From Octopus sinensis (taxonomy: Eukaryota): DNA of 64,000 nucleotides. A program made the position numbers and the translations under genes. The notes beneath the pieces were generated by a model. It made no database searches, was not told the DNA's origin, and saw nothing but the letters and a program-made list of their open reading frames with translations. Shown here one piece after another: positions 12,301 through 26,448 of this stretch; within the stretch, counting starts at the first letter, position 1, and every line of letters begins with the position of its first letter. The stretch lies in NCBI RefSeq assembly GCF_006345805.1, contig NC_042998.1, forward strand, positions 85,870,001 to 85,934,000, in the 5' to 3' direction.

Positions 12301-12763
12301 CTCCGGGATTTAAAAAAATTTTTAAACTATGTTAAATTATTCAGAATGTACATCATTGTAACGTATCCATCTGAAGAAGACAGTTTCTTTGGAATTGATA
12401 TAATGTAATCATTAATCAATTAAAGGAGTCAATAGAAATGGCCATAATGAATTGACACCTGTCCTTCATTATTGTTGTGTGTGTATATTATTCTGGCTTA
12501 TATATATATATATATATAATTGCTATTATGCAAAAGTATGATAAGTCGAAAACATTGCTTTTTCAGAAAATGAAAAAATAGCTTCAGCATTCCATAGCAA
12601 AACCGTTGTACTACACTTTGACAATTTTTGATATCTTGGCATCTCAAGCAGCTGGAGATATGATAGTTTGACTAAAAGAACTGGCTATTGCCAGCAAAAA
12701 TAAATATTGAAAAAAAAAACACATTTGGCTAAATTTGGACATGACAGTTTAACATAATAGCAA

Positions 12764-12806
<43 letters not shown>

Positions 12807-13085
12807 GGGGAAACCACTATGTGGACACCCTTATGCTAGAAATAGATCCACTATGGTCTCACCACTATGAAATGTTCCCAAGAAAAATTTAGCAAAACAA
12901 CCGAAACGTAATCGAGCAAGACAAAAGAAAAAGTAATAACAATATGGATTATTCGTATACATGTTTCCCTCTAATATATATATAATACAATTTTACTGAA
13001 CCTCCAGTTTTTTAATGCTAGACCACTGGTGTGAAATCGATGTTAATTAAATTAATATCTAATTTCTCACCCTCATTTTAAATTT

Positions 13086-13148
<63 letters not shown>

Positions 13149-13446
13149 ATAATGATGATGACGGTGATGATATATGTGTGTGGGTGTGTGTGTGTGTATT
13201 TATTTGTATCCTTGGTTCTATGTTTGTCCTCACCACTTCTTAACAACCAGTGTTGGTGTGTTTACATTCCCATAACTTAGCAGTTTGGCAAAAGAGACTG
13301 AGAGAATAAGTTCCAGGTTTAAAAAAAAAACGTTCTCTAGTTGATTCCTTGGACTAAAACTTCAAGGTGGTGCCCCAGTATGGCCACAGTCTAATGACTG
13401 AAACAAGTAAAAGATAAAAGATATATCTATTTGTATAAAACTGAGA

Positions 13447-13515
<69 letters not shown>

Positions 13516-14044
13516 TGTGTGTGTGTGTGTGTCTCTCTCTTTCTCTCTCTCTGTGTATATCTGCATCACTAAAACTCGAGGACTACCTGACCGATTTCAT
13601 TTAAATTTTACACATGCCTTACTTAGAGTCCATAAAATTAAATTTTATGGTTATTCCAGTAATGCTGTTAAATATCTATCAAAAATAGAATTGGTAGTTT
13701 CTGCAAATCATCCTACCTCAATAAACCTGACATATCTCAAAAGAAAATAGTTTTAGACATGACATTCCTCAACAAAAGATGAATTGGTATATAAAACTGC
13801 CACCTGCACTTAAAAGAATAATGAAACTTTGAAAGGATGTATCTGCTTTCCTCAGTAAAAGGGTTACGACAATATGATATATAATATTACATAATATTAA
13901 TAATATATCTCATATAATATTTTAATAAAATATATATTATAGTTATATATACATATATATAGATTCAGATGAATATGGTGCTTAAGTTGAGGCACCAGAA
14001 TTTAGTACGGCATTATTCATACAATTTCAAAGTAAGGTGATTAA

Positions 14045-14276
14045 AATCAAAATAAGCAACAAGGATATCCAGAGGTAATACAGTACAATCGTTTCATGCA
14101 ACTCCATTTAATTGAACAATGCAATCATTACATCAATTTAAATTCTATGTGTTTGTGCAGCTGAAGATTGCTCTGCATTTTAAGTTGATGTAATGATTGC
14201 ATTGTTCAATTAAATGGAATTGCATGAAACGATTGTACTGCATTACCTCTGGATATCCTTCTTGCTTATTTTGATT
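14045..14276. repeat. Foldback (MITE-like) palindrome, ~98-bp arms and 36-nt loop
   Basis: 14045-14142 is the reverse complement of 14179-14276 with a few mismatches. Confidence 0.9.
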
Positions 14277-14303
14277 CATACACATATACACACACACATA
14301 TAT

Positions 14304-14441
14304 GCGACATTGACTCTAAGGCCCTTTGATTCTAAATCATGCTTCCACACCTGAAATTTCTTCTCTAGTTCTGGTAGTGATTATTCTGCTATGAGGGCCA
14401 GGTCATCAGCATAGAGGAGCTCCCAGGGCAACTTGTCTTGA
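14304..14441 (-). mobile_element. Isolated RTE reverse-transcriptase fragment
   Basis: Minus strand FKTSCPWELLYADDLALIAE...LEKKFQVWKHDLESKGL. Confidence 0.8.
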
Positions 14442-14740
14442 AAGAAATTTATACATATATATATATAAATTTATAAATTTATAAGTATAAATTAATAATT
14501 AAAAATAAAAATTTAATTTTTAATTTTAATTTTTAATTTAAATAATTTAATTTTGAGTTTTATATTTTATATATTTTGTATATTATATTAATTAATTTTA
14601 TTTCTATGTTTTGGTTTATGTTTTTCACTGTTTGATTTGACTAATAGTGGTTTTATCTCTAATTTAATATATACATTTATACTGTAAAATTAGATTTAAT
14701 CCTAAATCTAATTTTTCCCTGTAAGTTTGGATTTACTCCC

Positions 14741-14807
<67 letters not shown>

Positions 14808-16470
14808 TATATTAAGATAAACTTACTTGGAAATGGATGCATAGTGTTCAATCATATAATAATATAAATAATATATATATAAGCATGTATATAAGCATAT
14901 ATACATACATATACATACATACTTATGTATATACATATGCATATGAGAGTACAAGACATCATAAAACATAAACAACAGGAAATATGAAATATGAGAACAT
15001 GGGATAGGAACTTTTTTTGCGAACAACAAAAGAAGCAAATGGAAAACAAGACAAGTAACATAAAGAACGACCCTTCATCAGTTGTAAGCTGTTTATCTAT
15101 TCCACATTTTGAGCAATAATGAAACAAGCTGAAGTGTTATGCTTTAAACATCCTTAACTATGAAAGGAAATCGAAATCTTTAATATAATTAAACAATTAT
15201 TACAAACAATATTATAACTTTATGAATGAAGAATTTATACATCAAAACAGAAATTCAAAAATTCAACTAAATATAAACAAGGGATTTCTAATCGCATTAG
15301 TTCTCATTAGCTCTTTTAATCATCATAACAGCTATCATTACTGTCATCATCATATAATTCATTTGGCGCACATCACAACAATTTTAATAAGAGAATTGTC
15401 CATGTTGAGCCACATAAATGATATTAAAGGCAGTAAAGTATGTCAGATTAATAGCAAAATATTTTGCTTTATAAATATATATTTAAATGATAATGAGGAT
15501 GATTTTGCAATAGCCATATGCATTATTTGTTCTTTATGCACTTGATACAGATGAAGGGAGGGTGCACTGAGGTGAGTAGCTGTTTCTCTTTGCATTTATC
15601 TAAGCTTAAGAGAAGATTTAAGCTTGGCACTTAACGGATGTTAATTAGATGCAGCTTTTACTACCTCCCATCTCTCTCTCTTTCTTACTTGAGAGCTTCA
15701 CTCATACAGTTAATATTTACAGCTAAGTAGACTAATTCTATAACTGCTTGTATTTTTTTTCTTTTCTGTTATGGACACTACACAATACCAATAATGATAA
15801 TGATGATGACAATGATGTGATAGGCCCTTCAATTCCTTCCATAAGTACACAGACATATTATTGACTTGTTAAGTCATATGACAGACTTCATAACCTGAAT
15901 ATAAAAAGTAACAACAACAACAGCAACAAAAGTTATAAAGATCTGATCAAAATAAGTATAATTTACCCCAAAATGTGACTTTAAGAAAGAAGAGGAGTAA
16001 GTGGTATTTCCAGTTTGTTCCCATATTCTTAACGAATTTAACAATTTAACGACAGTAGTGAACTGAAAGGTTTGAATTCCAAACAGGAACTGAAAGAGAC
16101 AAAAGAAACAGATTTGATAGGACAGTGAGCAACTAAAGTTAGTTCTTATCACAGTTGTTGTTGTTGTTGTTGCTAGTGTTGTTATCTTTATTTCCTTAGT
16201 TTATTATTGGACTTTGAAACTACTGTATTTATTCTGTTATAAATTGTTAGAAGTGTTCTGATTGTTTTATAGATAACGTTGTTCAGACAACAGAACTATG
16301 TATTGAAGGAATTCTGACTGAAAATATTATGGTTCTATGGTATGATTCTGAAGGATATTTGGTTGCTATTTCTAGTTACTTGAGCGACTCTATAGATGTT
16401 CTCTTGCTGGTTTGTGGTGTTTTTTGTTTGGTGGTGTGTGTGCTAAAATTGTCACATTATATCTATGCAT

Positions 16471-16770
16471 GTGGAGGCGCAATGGCCCAGTGGTTAGGGC
16501 AGTCAGAGGATCGCAGTTTTGACTCCCAGACTGGGCGTTGTGTGTGTTTATTGAGCGAAAACACCTAAAAGCTCCACGAGGCTCCGGCGGGGGTGGGGTG
16601 GGGGGTGGCGACCCCTGTTGTACTCTTTCACCACAACTTTCTCTCACTCTCTCTTCATGTTTCTTGAGTAACACTGTGATGGATTGGTGTCCCATCCAGC
16701 TGGGGGGAACACATACGCCACAGAAACTGGGAAACCAGGCCCATGAGCCTGGCTAGGCTTGAAAAGGGCG
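16471..16770 (+). mobile_element. Third tRNA-derived SINE family
   Basis: Head GGCGCAATGGCCCAGTGGTTAGGGC (A box), GTTTTGACTCC (B-box-like), tail GAAACCAGGCCCATGAGCCTGGCTAGG. Confidence 0.75.
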
Positions 16771-17989
16771 AAAAAGAAAAAGAATATGCATGCATAGCAT
16801 TTCCTGAAGTTCTACCACCACCTCCACCATCCCCACCACCATCACCTTCCCCACAACTGCAGTTGCTGACACCACCACAACTACTGCCACAGCTGATAGT
16901 GCTCTCACTGCCATAACCAACAGCACCACTACCTGCGTTGTTCTCTTTCTCCTTCTCATTATTACTGTAGTGCATTTCATTGCTATCCCAGCCCTAGAAA
17001 GGATACTGTCTTCATGAAGCTAAAGAGCCCTATTTACCTCATATTGTCTGCCTGTTGAAGCAACAAGAGTGAGTGAATAAATAGAAGAGTGGTGAAAACA
17101 GAGATAACCAGGCTAAGAGAATGACAAGAAAACAGATTGAGGTGATAGAGGAAGAGTAATGAAAAAAAGAATGTGAGAAACAGCTACATGCTGGTAGTTG
17201 GTAAGAAGATTGAATAGAAAGACAACATGAGTGCTGTGAAGGAAGAAGAGAGAGTGATAAGAGGCAGTAACAGAAATAAAAGAGAGTAAGGGTAGAGAGA
17301 AAGTGATGAATATCAGTAAGGATAGATAGATGACAAAGAAAAGCGTGTGTGGAGAGAGGGGAGGGAGGGAGAGAGGGAGAGAGAGTGAGTGAAAGAGAGA
17401 GGTGAGTATAACGATATAAATGGATAATGGTAAGAGAAAGAGAGTGATGGATGTCAAAAATAAATGATAGGGATGGAGTAATTGAAGAGAGAAAAGGGAA
17501 GAGAAAGAGAGAAAGAAAGAGAGAGAAAGAGAAAAAGAGAAAAAGAGAAAGTGTGAGAGATGATGTGAGAGAGAAAGAGAGTGGTGGTTAGCAATAAAGA
17601 AACAAGATATTAGTGGCGAATTGAATACAGATAGATCTTATGCAGTCCCTAATTACATAGGTCACACAGTACAATGAATATGACAGGGGACACTGTGACA
17701 GTTGTGAGGGTAATGAAGAAAGACTGAAGGCAGTAGATAGGGACTTAATATAAATGTAATGAGAGAGAGACACATGAACATCTCCACCCATTACTTTTAC
17801 CATATAAGTATGGCTGTTTTCCTGCGGTACTATATGTTGCTACACATCACCAAATTTTGTCATTTCACTCATGAAGTTCAGCTCCTTGAGATCAATCTAC
17901 CATTTCATTCTGTTTTCCTTTCTGTGCCATACATTCTGTTATCCTTTCTGTGCCATACATTCTGTTCATATTGAGTGCTCAGCACGTCT

Positions 17990-18470
17990 TTATACAATTT
18001 ACATCTTCCATTAAAATGAGATGGCTGTACAAGCACAGTCTTCATTCTTGCGCAATATATCTCATTCTCTGCATTTTCTGCTTTCCTTTCAGACCATTTG
18101 TATTCTCTTATTGTTCATACCACTATCTATACACATTCAGCATGCTTGCCTTATTTCTTTCCAGTCTTCGTAAATCTGGATTGAAGGCCCACCTCTCACT
18201 ATCATACAGCACTGCACTTTGCGCTCAAACATCATACAATTTGCCTTGCATTCTGAAAGAGAAACTCTTTATTGCCAGCAGAGATAATAGCTTCCTTAAC
18301 TTTTTCATCTCATTATTACTCTGGTTATTATACTTTCAGACCATCCACCTCCTCTGCTAAATAATTCATCTTGGTAATAGAAACTATCAATTACTTCTAG
18401 GGTGTCTTTCAGCCATTTGAAGAAGTTTATTTTATATGTTCTCTTATGATTAATTGCTGCTATGCATCTA
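17990..18470 (-). mobile_element. Old RTE LINE RT C-terminal fragment
   Basis: Minus strand ..LRKLLSLLAIKSFSFRMQGKLYDVCAQSAVLYDSERW. Confidence 0.55.
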
Positions 18471-18721
18471 CCACTTATGAAATATCCGCTCTCTGATTGC
18501 ACTAAGCCTCATGTAGCCATAATTGCACTGAGTACACCATGTGGTATTCCTCCACTTTTTTTGCATGGATATTATATCCTTTGATACATAATAAATTTAA
18601 TTCAAGATCTCAATTTAAGTTTTGCTTTTATGTTTGGAATAACTTCTCTAAATCACATGAATTTACATCAACTGTCCAGCCCATGCCAGCATAAAAGACA
18701 GATGTTAAATGATGATGCTGA

Positions 18722-19985
18722 TATCATCATCATCATCATTTAACGTCCGTTGTCTATGCTGGCATAAGTTAGATAGTTTGAATGGGCTGGCATGCTGGAA
18801 AGCTGCACCAGATTCCAGTCTGATTTGGTATGGTTTTCTATGGCTGGAAGCCGTTCCTAATGCCAACCACTCCAAGAGTGTAATGAGTGTTTTTATGACC
18901 ACTGGCATGGCCCATTTGCCTGATATTGGGGTGCATTTATGTACCACCAGCACAGGTGCCAATTTGCATGACCCCAGTATCTTCCACAACTGCGATTTTG
19001 TTCAGCTTGATGGGTCTTCTCAAGCATGACATAATGCCAAAGGTCTTAGTCATTGCCTCTGTGAGGCCCAACACTCAAAAGCAACTCAGCCAGTTTACCT
19101 CTGTGAAGCCCAATGCTCGAAAGGAACTCAGCCACTTTGCCTGTGTGAGGCCCAACGTTCAAAAGATGTTCTTTACATGCCACCAGCATGGGTGCACTTG
19201 GCTTGATGGCTCCTCTCAAGCACAGCACGTCACCAAAAGTATCAGTCACCAGTCATTGCCTTTGTGAGGTTCAAAGTTCAAAGATCATGCTTCACTATTT
19301 TGTCCCATGTCTTTCTGGGTCTATCTCTGCCACAGGTTCTCTTTACACAGCTGTCCTCGTCCATACACATTGCAGGACCAAACCAACACAGTCATCTCTC
19401 TTGCACGCCACATCTAACTCCTCTTATACCCAACTTTTCTCTTAAGATACTTACACTCTGTCAAACATGCACATCCAGTGAAGCATAAAGGCTTCATTTC
19501 TTTCAAGCCTATGCATGTCCTCAGCTGTCATAGCCTATGTTTCACTGCCATGCAGCATAGCTGTTTGCACACAGGCATCAAACAATCTGCCTTTCATTCT
19601 GAAAGAGAGGCCCTTTGTTGCAGCAGGGGTAGGAGCTCTCTGAACTTTGCCCAGCCTAATCTTATTCTCACAGCTACACTCTCGGAGCATCCACCTCCAC
19701 TACTAACTTGGTTACCTAGATAATGGAAGCTATCTACTACTTCTAGCTTGCCCCTGGTAGTTGATGGAGTCAATTTTCTGCACATTTTCAATGTTTATTG
19801 TTGTACCTGTGCACTTTTCACATACAAAAGTTAGTTTCCTTGTTAACTTTCATCAGATGTTGCACCTTTTATGTGTCCAAAGCTTACACTGGGTGCATCT
19901 TATGGAGTTTTTACCTACACTTTTTATGCAGATTGAGCAGGGCCATCTACCTGAAGGGATTTGTGATTTGTCTGTCTTTCTACCT
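18722..19985 (-). mobile_element. 5'-truncated RTE LINE with repeat-containing 3' UTR and (GAT)n tail
   Basis: LEVVDSFHYLGNQVSSGGGCSESVAVRIRLGWAKFRELLPLL (19594-19791); tandem ~60-100-bp UTR units at 18900-19270. Confidence 0.85.
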
Positions 19986-19997
19986 CCTATAACTTAC

Positions 19998-20033
<36 letters not shown>

Positions 20034-20055
20034 GACAGACAGACAGAGACAGAGG

Positions 20056-20091
<36 letters not shown>

Positions 20092-20559
20092 TAGATAGAT
20101 AGATAGATAGATTGATAGATAGATAGATACATGCACACATACATATATGTATGTATGTACGTCATATATAAAGTAAGATATAAAGTCTCAATGCTGGTAC
20201 TTTAGTGCTGACATTAGTGTCAATAATAAATATTTGTTATTTGAGTAAAGTATATATTTCATATGTAGGGACAGTAATACCAAATGGTTAAGAAGTTCAC
20301 TCCTCAATCACAAGTCTAGAGTTCAATCCCATAGCACTATATCTTTTATAACCATATCTACGCAGCGCTTTGTGAATGTAATCAAGAAGATGGAAACTAT
20401 GTAGAAATGCATCAGATCAACAGTAGCTGCATCACACCATCGCAATGGTGGCTTGGTTGATGCAATGTGGAGCTGGTAAATAGAGATATATTTCATTGGC
20501 TGTGTGATTAATAGTTGAAGCACATTCACAAGCATTTAACTGAAATATTTATTGCCAGA

Positions 20560-20790
20560 CAAAGGTAATGGTGTTGGCTGTTTACAATGAACAACATAAA
20601 TGTTTGCTGACTGAGACAGAGAGAAAAACTGCACTGTATCTATAGAAGTTATTTATGAGACATTGACTGAATGTTCAGAATACATCTGTCTCAGAACATG
20701 GAAATACCTGCACAAATGTCTGGAACTGTCTGATGGCAAGCATGGAGGCACACAGGTCAGGCAGCCATTTTCAACATCCTACAAATGAGT
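20560..20790 (+). mobile_element. Decayed Tc1/mariner transposase C-terminus
   Basis: Ends in ..GSHFQHP, resembling the GGHFEHLL terminus; weak. Confidence 0.45.
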
Positions 20791-21846
20791 GGTAAAATGG
20801 TCTTTCATAGGGTACGAGAAAGAACATTCTTGAACATTTGAGAAAACCATGTCATGCCACAGCCACATGCTGATTGGTTGATTAATAGACCAATCATGTG
20901 AAACTGTGGTGGTTTGCTAATGGTTGAAGTTTTGAATCACTGCTACAACAGTGTGATTACATTAAATAACGTCTCTTCTTATACAGATATTATTTAATCT
21001 TATTTCCAAATTTTGCAAAGGTCAACAAAATGTAATTCTATCTGAAAATTACATTTAGAACACATGTCTGTGGAATACTCAGCCACTTAAAGCCAAGTGT
21101 ATATTTACAGCAGGAATGCCTACAACTTGTAGGATCCATTTATTTTTCTTGCCAAGATTAGAATCATCTCTGTAAATGTTTATTGCAAAAAAGTAGGAGA
21201 GATACTTGGAAAATTGCATAATAAATGAATAGTGTATAACATTGGAAAGGAAATAAATTTGGCCAGTGAAATGCCAAAATAACTTTACAAAAGCTTGGAT
21301 TATAGAACTTTAATTTATTGATCATATTTTCCTGATATATCAACTTCTGACTACTATTTCTTTTTCAGCAGGCATAGCCATACGGTTAAGAAGTTTCCTT
21401 TGTTACAAAATAGTTTTAAGTTCTGTCTTACTGTGCAACACTTATGGCAAGTGCCTTGTACTATAGCACTGGATTGATCAATGCTTTCTGGGTGAATTTA
21501 GTAGATGGAAACATCGGCAGAATTTGAGGGCAAGAATGATATTTGTATAAGAAAAGATTTCATTAAATGTAATCAAAGCAGAGATACAATGAACTGTATG
21601 CTCTAAGACATGTGATCATCATTGAATAAAAAGGTTATGTGAACATTAAGTAAAACTAAATTGCAAGTCATTGCATGTGACTATTATTGAATGTTAAAGA
21701 AGAATTTCTATCTCATTAAATGAAACAATAGGCTCTTAGGTCAGCATCGTGATTTCCAAATACCTTAAGGCTATTAAGTTAGTTTAAAGCCATGAGAATA
21801 ACAGCACAACATTGAGATACAAAAGTGAAAAGGAATATAGACAGAT

Positions 21847-21878
<32 letters not shown>

Positions 21879-21885
21879 GTACATG

Positions 21886-21919
<34 letters not shown>

Positions 21920-22626
21920 ATACACATGCACACACATATGCATGTATATAGATGCATGTGTATACACAGACATCTCAAAAATAAATAGACATATGTTGTT
22001 ATACCATTATATCTGTGTGTGGCATTACTCATTAGTATGATGCCCAAACATGTTAAATCATTAGAAACTTTACAAGGTATATCTGCTTGATACTAGACTA
22101 AATAGTTAAATGCATCAAATGACATTATTTTGTTTCTAGAAGTACATCTTTCAAAAGTGACTGTGTCTATTTACTTTTGCGATATCAGTGTATATGTATG
22201 TACATTGCATATTCATGTGAAGGCATATGGCTTAGTGATTGGGGATATTCTGCTCATGATCATAAGGTTGTGAGTTTGATACTCAGTGGCACATTATTTC
22301 ACATTGCTCCAGTCCACTCAGCTGGCAAAATTGAGTTGTAGCTGTATTTCAAAACCCTTTTTACATTCTGTGCTACACAGAATCTCCCTGAGAACTACAT
22401 TAAGGGTATGCATGTCTGTGGAGTGCTCGGCCACTTGCATATCAATTTCTCGATCCAGTTGTTCTATTGATTAGATCAAGTGGAACACTTGTTGTCATAG
22501 CTCATGAAGAACCAGTTACACACACATGCACATGCGCATGCGTGCACGCACACACAAACACACATACACATATGCACACATGCACACAGAGACACACACA
22601 AACACACACACACACACACGCACCCA

Positions 22627-22672
<46 letters not shown>

Positions 22673-22674
<2 letters not shown>

Positions 22675-24178
22675 AACTGAGTCACAAAAGAAACGCTGCA
22701 CACATACTAAATAGAAACCGGTTTATTAACAGACTGCCATAGCATTGATTGAAGAGTGCTAATTAAGAAACTCTTCTTTCCTAGTGATAAAACATTATTT
22801 CTTGAAACATGTTTGATGTCACATGGTGTCACATCATGATGGAGTTCCTGGATCCAAAGAGATGAACTCAATATCTCATGTGACCACCATTATCATTGAT
22901 TACCGCCAGGCATCTTCTATAGAGTGAATGCGCCAAAGGTTGATGAAGGCCATGAGAATAGCAGCTCACATTCTGTTAAAATCTGCAGTGAGTTGTGCCG
23001 CAGTTGTCAGCCTTGGAAACATGTCATGTAGCCGTCTTTAGATTTCATCCCACAGGTGCTTTATGGGATTCAGTCCAGACTCAAGGCAGGCTATGACAGT
23101 GTCTGGATGTTGTGCTGATGGAGGAAGTCTGTTGTCAACCTGGCAGTATGAGGATGGGCGTGGTCATGTTGGAACATGTGATTCTGATGACGAGCAAAGT
23201 ATGACAATGTAGTGAGCAGCGGTTACTCCATAGCCCCAGCCTTGGCCAATGTTTTGAAAGACCAGTGGTCCAAGTTTCTGGTTGAGAGCAATCCCAACCC
23301 ATACCATGATGCTCTGTCCTCCCTGTGAGTCTCTCTCCACCACACAGCCATTGGCATGACATTCACCCCTTCTTCTCCAAACCCTAGCTTTGCCACTGAA
23401 ATGCAATATAAGCTTTTGTCAGAGAAGACTACAGTCCTCCACTGCTGATATCACCAGTTCTGACGTTTTGAGCCCACTGCAGATGTGCCTGTTGATGACG
23501 ATCTCTGAGATGAGGCCCCCAGCCAGACGTTGACAAGACAGATTAAAAGATTTCAGCCAGCAGCTAACTCTCTCTCAGCACAATGGGTCTGTGGTGAGTG
23601 CCTATGGTCTGCCTAGCTGATTCCATTGCACTCTAGAATCAGTCATGCAAATGCTGTCGATGCATTTTGATGTGATGTTGTAACCCTCAGTCAGCCACTA
23701 CGACTGAGTGTTACATGTGTGTTGTTTGTGGCATTGTATCATTCCCTCAGCTACTCAATTGTCTGAATACTGCAGTTCAAGTCATTAGCAATGACCCATG
23801 GGTATTGACCAGCATGGAGACGTCCAATGGCTTGCCCCCTCTGATTTCATGTCAGTCTTGGCATGCTTGCTGTATTCAGGAAATGAATGACAGGCTGGTA
23901 AATTTGGGTGCCTTTTATACCCAATGAGTCAATGTTTTGCATAGGCATCATGTTTTACATAAAGATGCATTCATGAACATTACCATGTTCATGAAAATTG
24001 AGCAAGTTCAAGCCCTACATGCAATCCTTGTGTTTTCAAAAGAGAGTGGTGTTGTGGGTCAGTAACATCCTCCTGATGTCAAATAATCTAGAAATGTGAT
24101 AAAATCCATATAATCTCAATATCATGTGTGAAACAAATAATCTTTTACAATGCGACATTTCTTTTGTAGTTCAGTTTA
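22673..24178 (-). mobile_element. Full-length but decayed Tc1 (DD34E-type) transposon with both TIRs and TA flanks
   Basis: Left TA-AACTGAGTCACAAAAGAAACGCTGCA versus right (reverse complement) TA-AACTGAACTACAAAAGAAATGTCGCA; transposase pieces QWRTVVFSDKS, MVWVGIA, HDHAHPHTARLT..FL, LNPIKHLWDEI. Confidence 0.9.
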
Positions 24179-24180
24179 TA

Positions 24181-24264
<84 letters not shown>

Positions 24265-24439
24265 TTGTGTACAGTATTATATATCCATCATGGCTGATCT
24301 TACCAATCAGTCTCTAGCTAGGGGTACAATAGAATGTTAGGCAATAATACACCCACTCTATTGACAGATATATCAGAGCATCTTTTTCCTGACTTATGGA
24401 CTTTTAGATGACATGTATATATAATTATTTCTTTATTAA

Positions 24440-24689
24440 TAAATAATTATTAACTTTCAACTCACCATTGGATAATCAAAATGCATTGGTCATGTTGGTG
24501 GATCTGTTTGAAACTTACTCCTAAACTGTCTTTGCACTTCAACTGTGTTTTCACACTTTAGAACGAATTTCCTTTGTTCAAAGATTAGTGTGACTGCCAT
24601 CAATAATTCTGTGTTTCATCTGGGAAGAAAAAAGATGAATTGAGTTATCAGCTACTAAAGTGTGTATTCATTTTTTGGGGGTCACCCTG
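24440..24689 (-). mobile_element. 5' end of a Tc1/mariner-superfamily element (DUF4817-like HTH) with TIR
   Basis: TA-CAGGGTGACCCCCAAAAAATG terminus; minus strand FEQRKFVLKC..ENTVEVQRQFRSKFQTDPPT. Confidence 0.7.
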
Positions 24690-26448
24690 TATGTATATAT
24701 ATATATATTTGGGTACATATACACACACATCATCATCCCTTTTATGTCCATTTTCCATCTTAGCATAGGTTGGAGAGGCTGTCATAATCCAAGTTACCTT
24801 CCATTGAGAGATACTGCTCTTAAAGACCAGGTGCCATTTATGACATTTGTTTCTAGATTTCATTAGCAGGATGCCCTTCCAAATGTTGACTGCTTTACAG
24901 TGTACTGGATGCATTTTCTTGAAGCACCAATACTAGAGAGATGGAATAGTCTCAGGTGAGATAGGAACAGAAGGATCTCATAACCCTATGCATTCTCTGC
25001 TTGTTTAGCAAATCATTTTACCATGTAGACAACATGTGGGTGGCCTTGCACACAGTGAATGTAAATTTGTAGAGCGAACAATGGCAAGTGCGCAGATAAT
25101 GACAGAAATGAATATGAGCTGTGGGGGATATTGGTGTAAAGGTAGGGGAAGAGAGTACTCAATAAACTTGGGTGAGTAATTTGTTCAGGTGACTGAGAAG
25201 GGGAATTAGAAAGAAATAAGAGAAATAAAAACAACTTCAGAAGGATCAGAATAGGTGGAAGGGTGGAAGGAATAAGAGGTTGATGGGAACAAATTAAGGT
25301 CATGAAGGAGTGGTGTTGGAAGGAAAGTGATTGGCAATGATATGAGTGTGTATTTGAAAATGGCCTTAGGGAAATATTACCTTGCTTGGAAACAGGTGAG
25401 AGGTGGCAACAGGAAGGGCAACCAGTCATAGAAAATCTGTCTCAACAAATTCCACCTGACTCATGCAAGCATGGAAAAGGGAGTGTTAAATGATGCTGTT
25501 GATGATGAATTAAAGAAATATTCACACATATATAGGTACATACATTCACATAAGCAATCTTGCTTATATACACATACACATACAAAATTACACTCACTCA
25601 TGCTCAAGACTCATGCATATATCATATGCACATGCACACACACACACAAGCACACATTTACACTTAAATACATTCAATACATATATCCTGCATATACACA
25701 TATAATCAAACAAATAATAACATGCACATACATAATCACACATACTTATCTGTGTATGTGTTTGTTTTGAGTGTTGAATTGTTCAACATTTGCCAAAACA
25801 GAAAGCGGATATAAAATGAAATGCAGTTACTCATAAGCACAGATGCAATCATGCACATCCACATATACATAAACACACACACACTCACACATCCTATGCC
25901 ATTTGATTGGCTGTTTTCTACATCCTGCCAAAACTAATCACTTTAATGTTTTGTTTGTTAAACAAAAATTTCTGTTGTTAAATCAAGAGTGAAAAAAACT
26001 CCTCCAACAACAACAACAACTACTACTACCCTCCCCCACTACAACCCATTCCCACCACCACCACCACCACTGCTGGTACCTACTGCTGTTGCCACCATTA
26101 CTGCTGCTACCATCTCTGCTCCTGCTGCGGTGGGGGGAGGGTAGAGAAAAAGGCAGTGTTGGGAGAAAGGCAGTGGATTGGGGGAGCTATGAATTTATTA
26201 TAATATTATTATAGTGTTGTATACAAATTATATAAGATTACATTAAATATCAAATGATTCATAGTGTATAAAAATTAGTAAAATATTGAATATTTATATT
26301 TCGTTTTTGGATATGATTTGCAAGATTCACTATATGAGTTCGTGTGTTGAAGCATATTCTGTTGTGTCTGGGGAGAGTCATTTTCTTTTTGTGCCTTATA
26401 ATGTAACACACTCACTGGTAAAATTTCCACTTATTTCTTGAGAACCTC

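Noticed and set aside
12368-12410. Plus-strand CTGAAGA-AGACAG..CTTTGGAATT as another hammerhead
   Set aside because: GAAA is absent and stem II pairs poorly; too degenerate to call
12320-12412. Minus-strand peptide LINDYIISIPKKLSSSDGYVTMMYILNNLT that superficially resembles part of exon B
   Set aside because: Bounded by in-frame stops, with no usable acceptor or phase-1 donor; at most a decayed exon or a chance match
14822-14843. Strong minus-strand donor GTAAGT after ATG CAT CCA TTT CCA A, phase-compatible with exon A
   Set aside because: It would give a start without a signal peptide for an apparently secreted protein, and it sits in simple-repeat DNA
15070-15120. Minus-strand CTGATGAAG cores here and at ~56085-56130, each 25 nt downstream of a (G/A)AAA, suggesting type-II hammerheads
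   Set aside because: Could not fold stems I and III or place a valid cleavage triplet; probably Penelope-type repeat remnants
16272-16480. Plus-strand open frame with a hydrophobic stretch (DVLLLVCGVFCLVVCVL)
   Set aside because: Low-complexity GT-rich sequence running into a SINE; no donor, and not phase-compatible with the 15551 micro-exon
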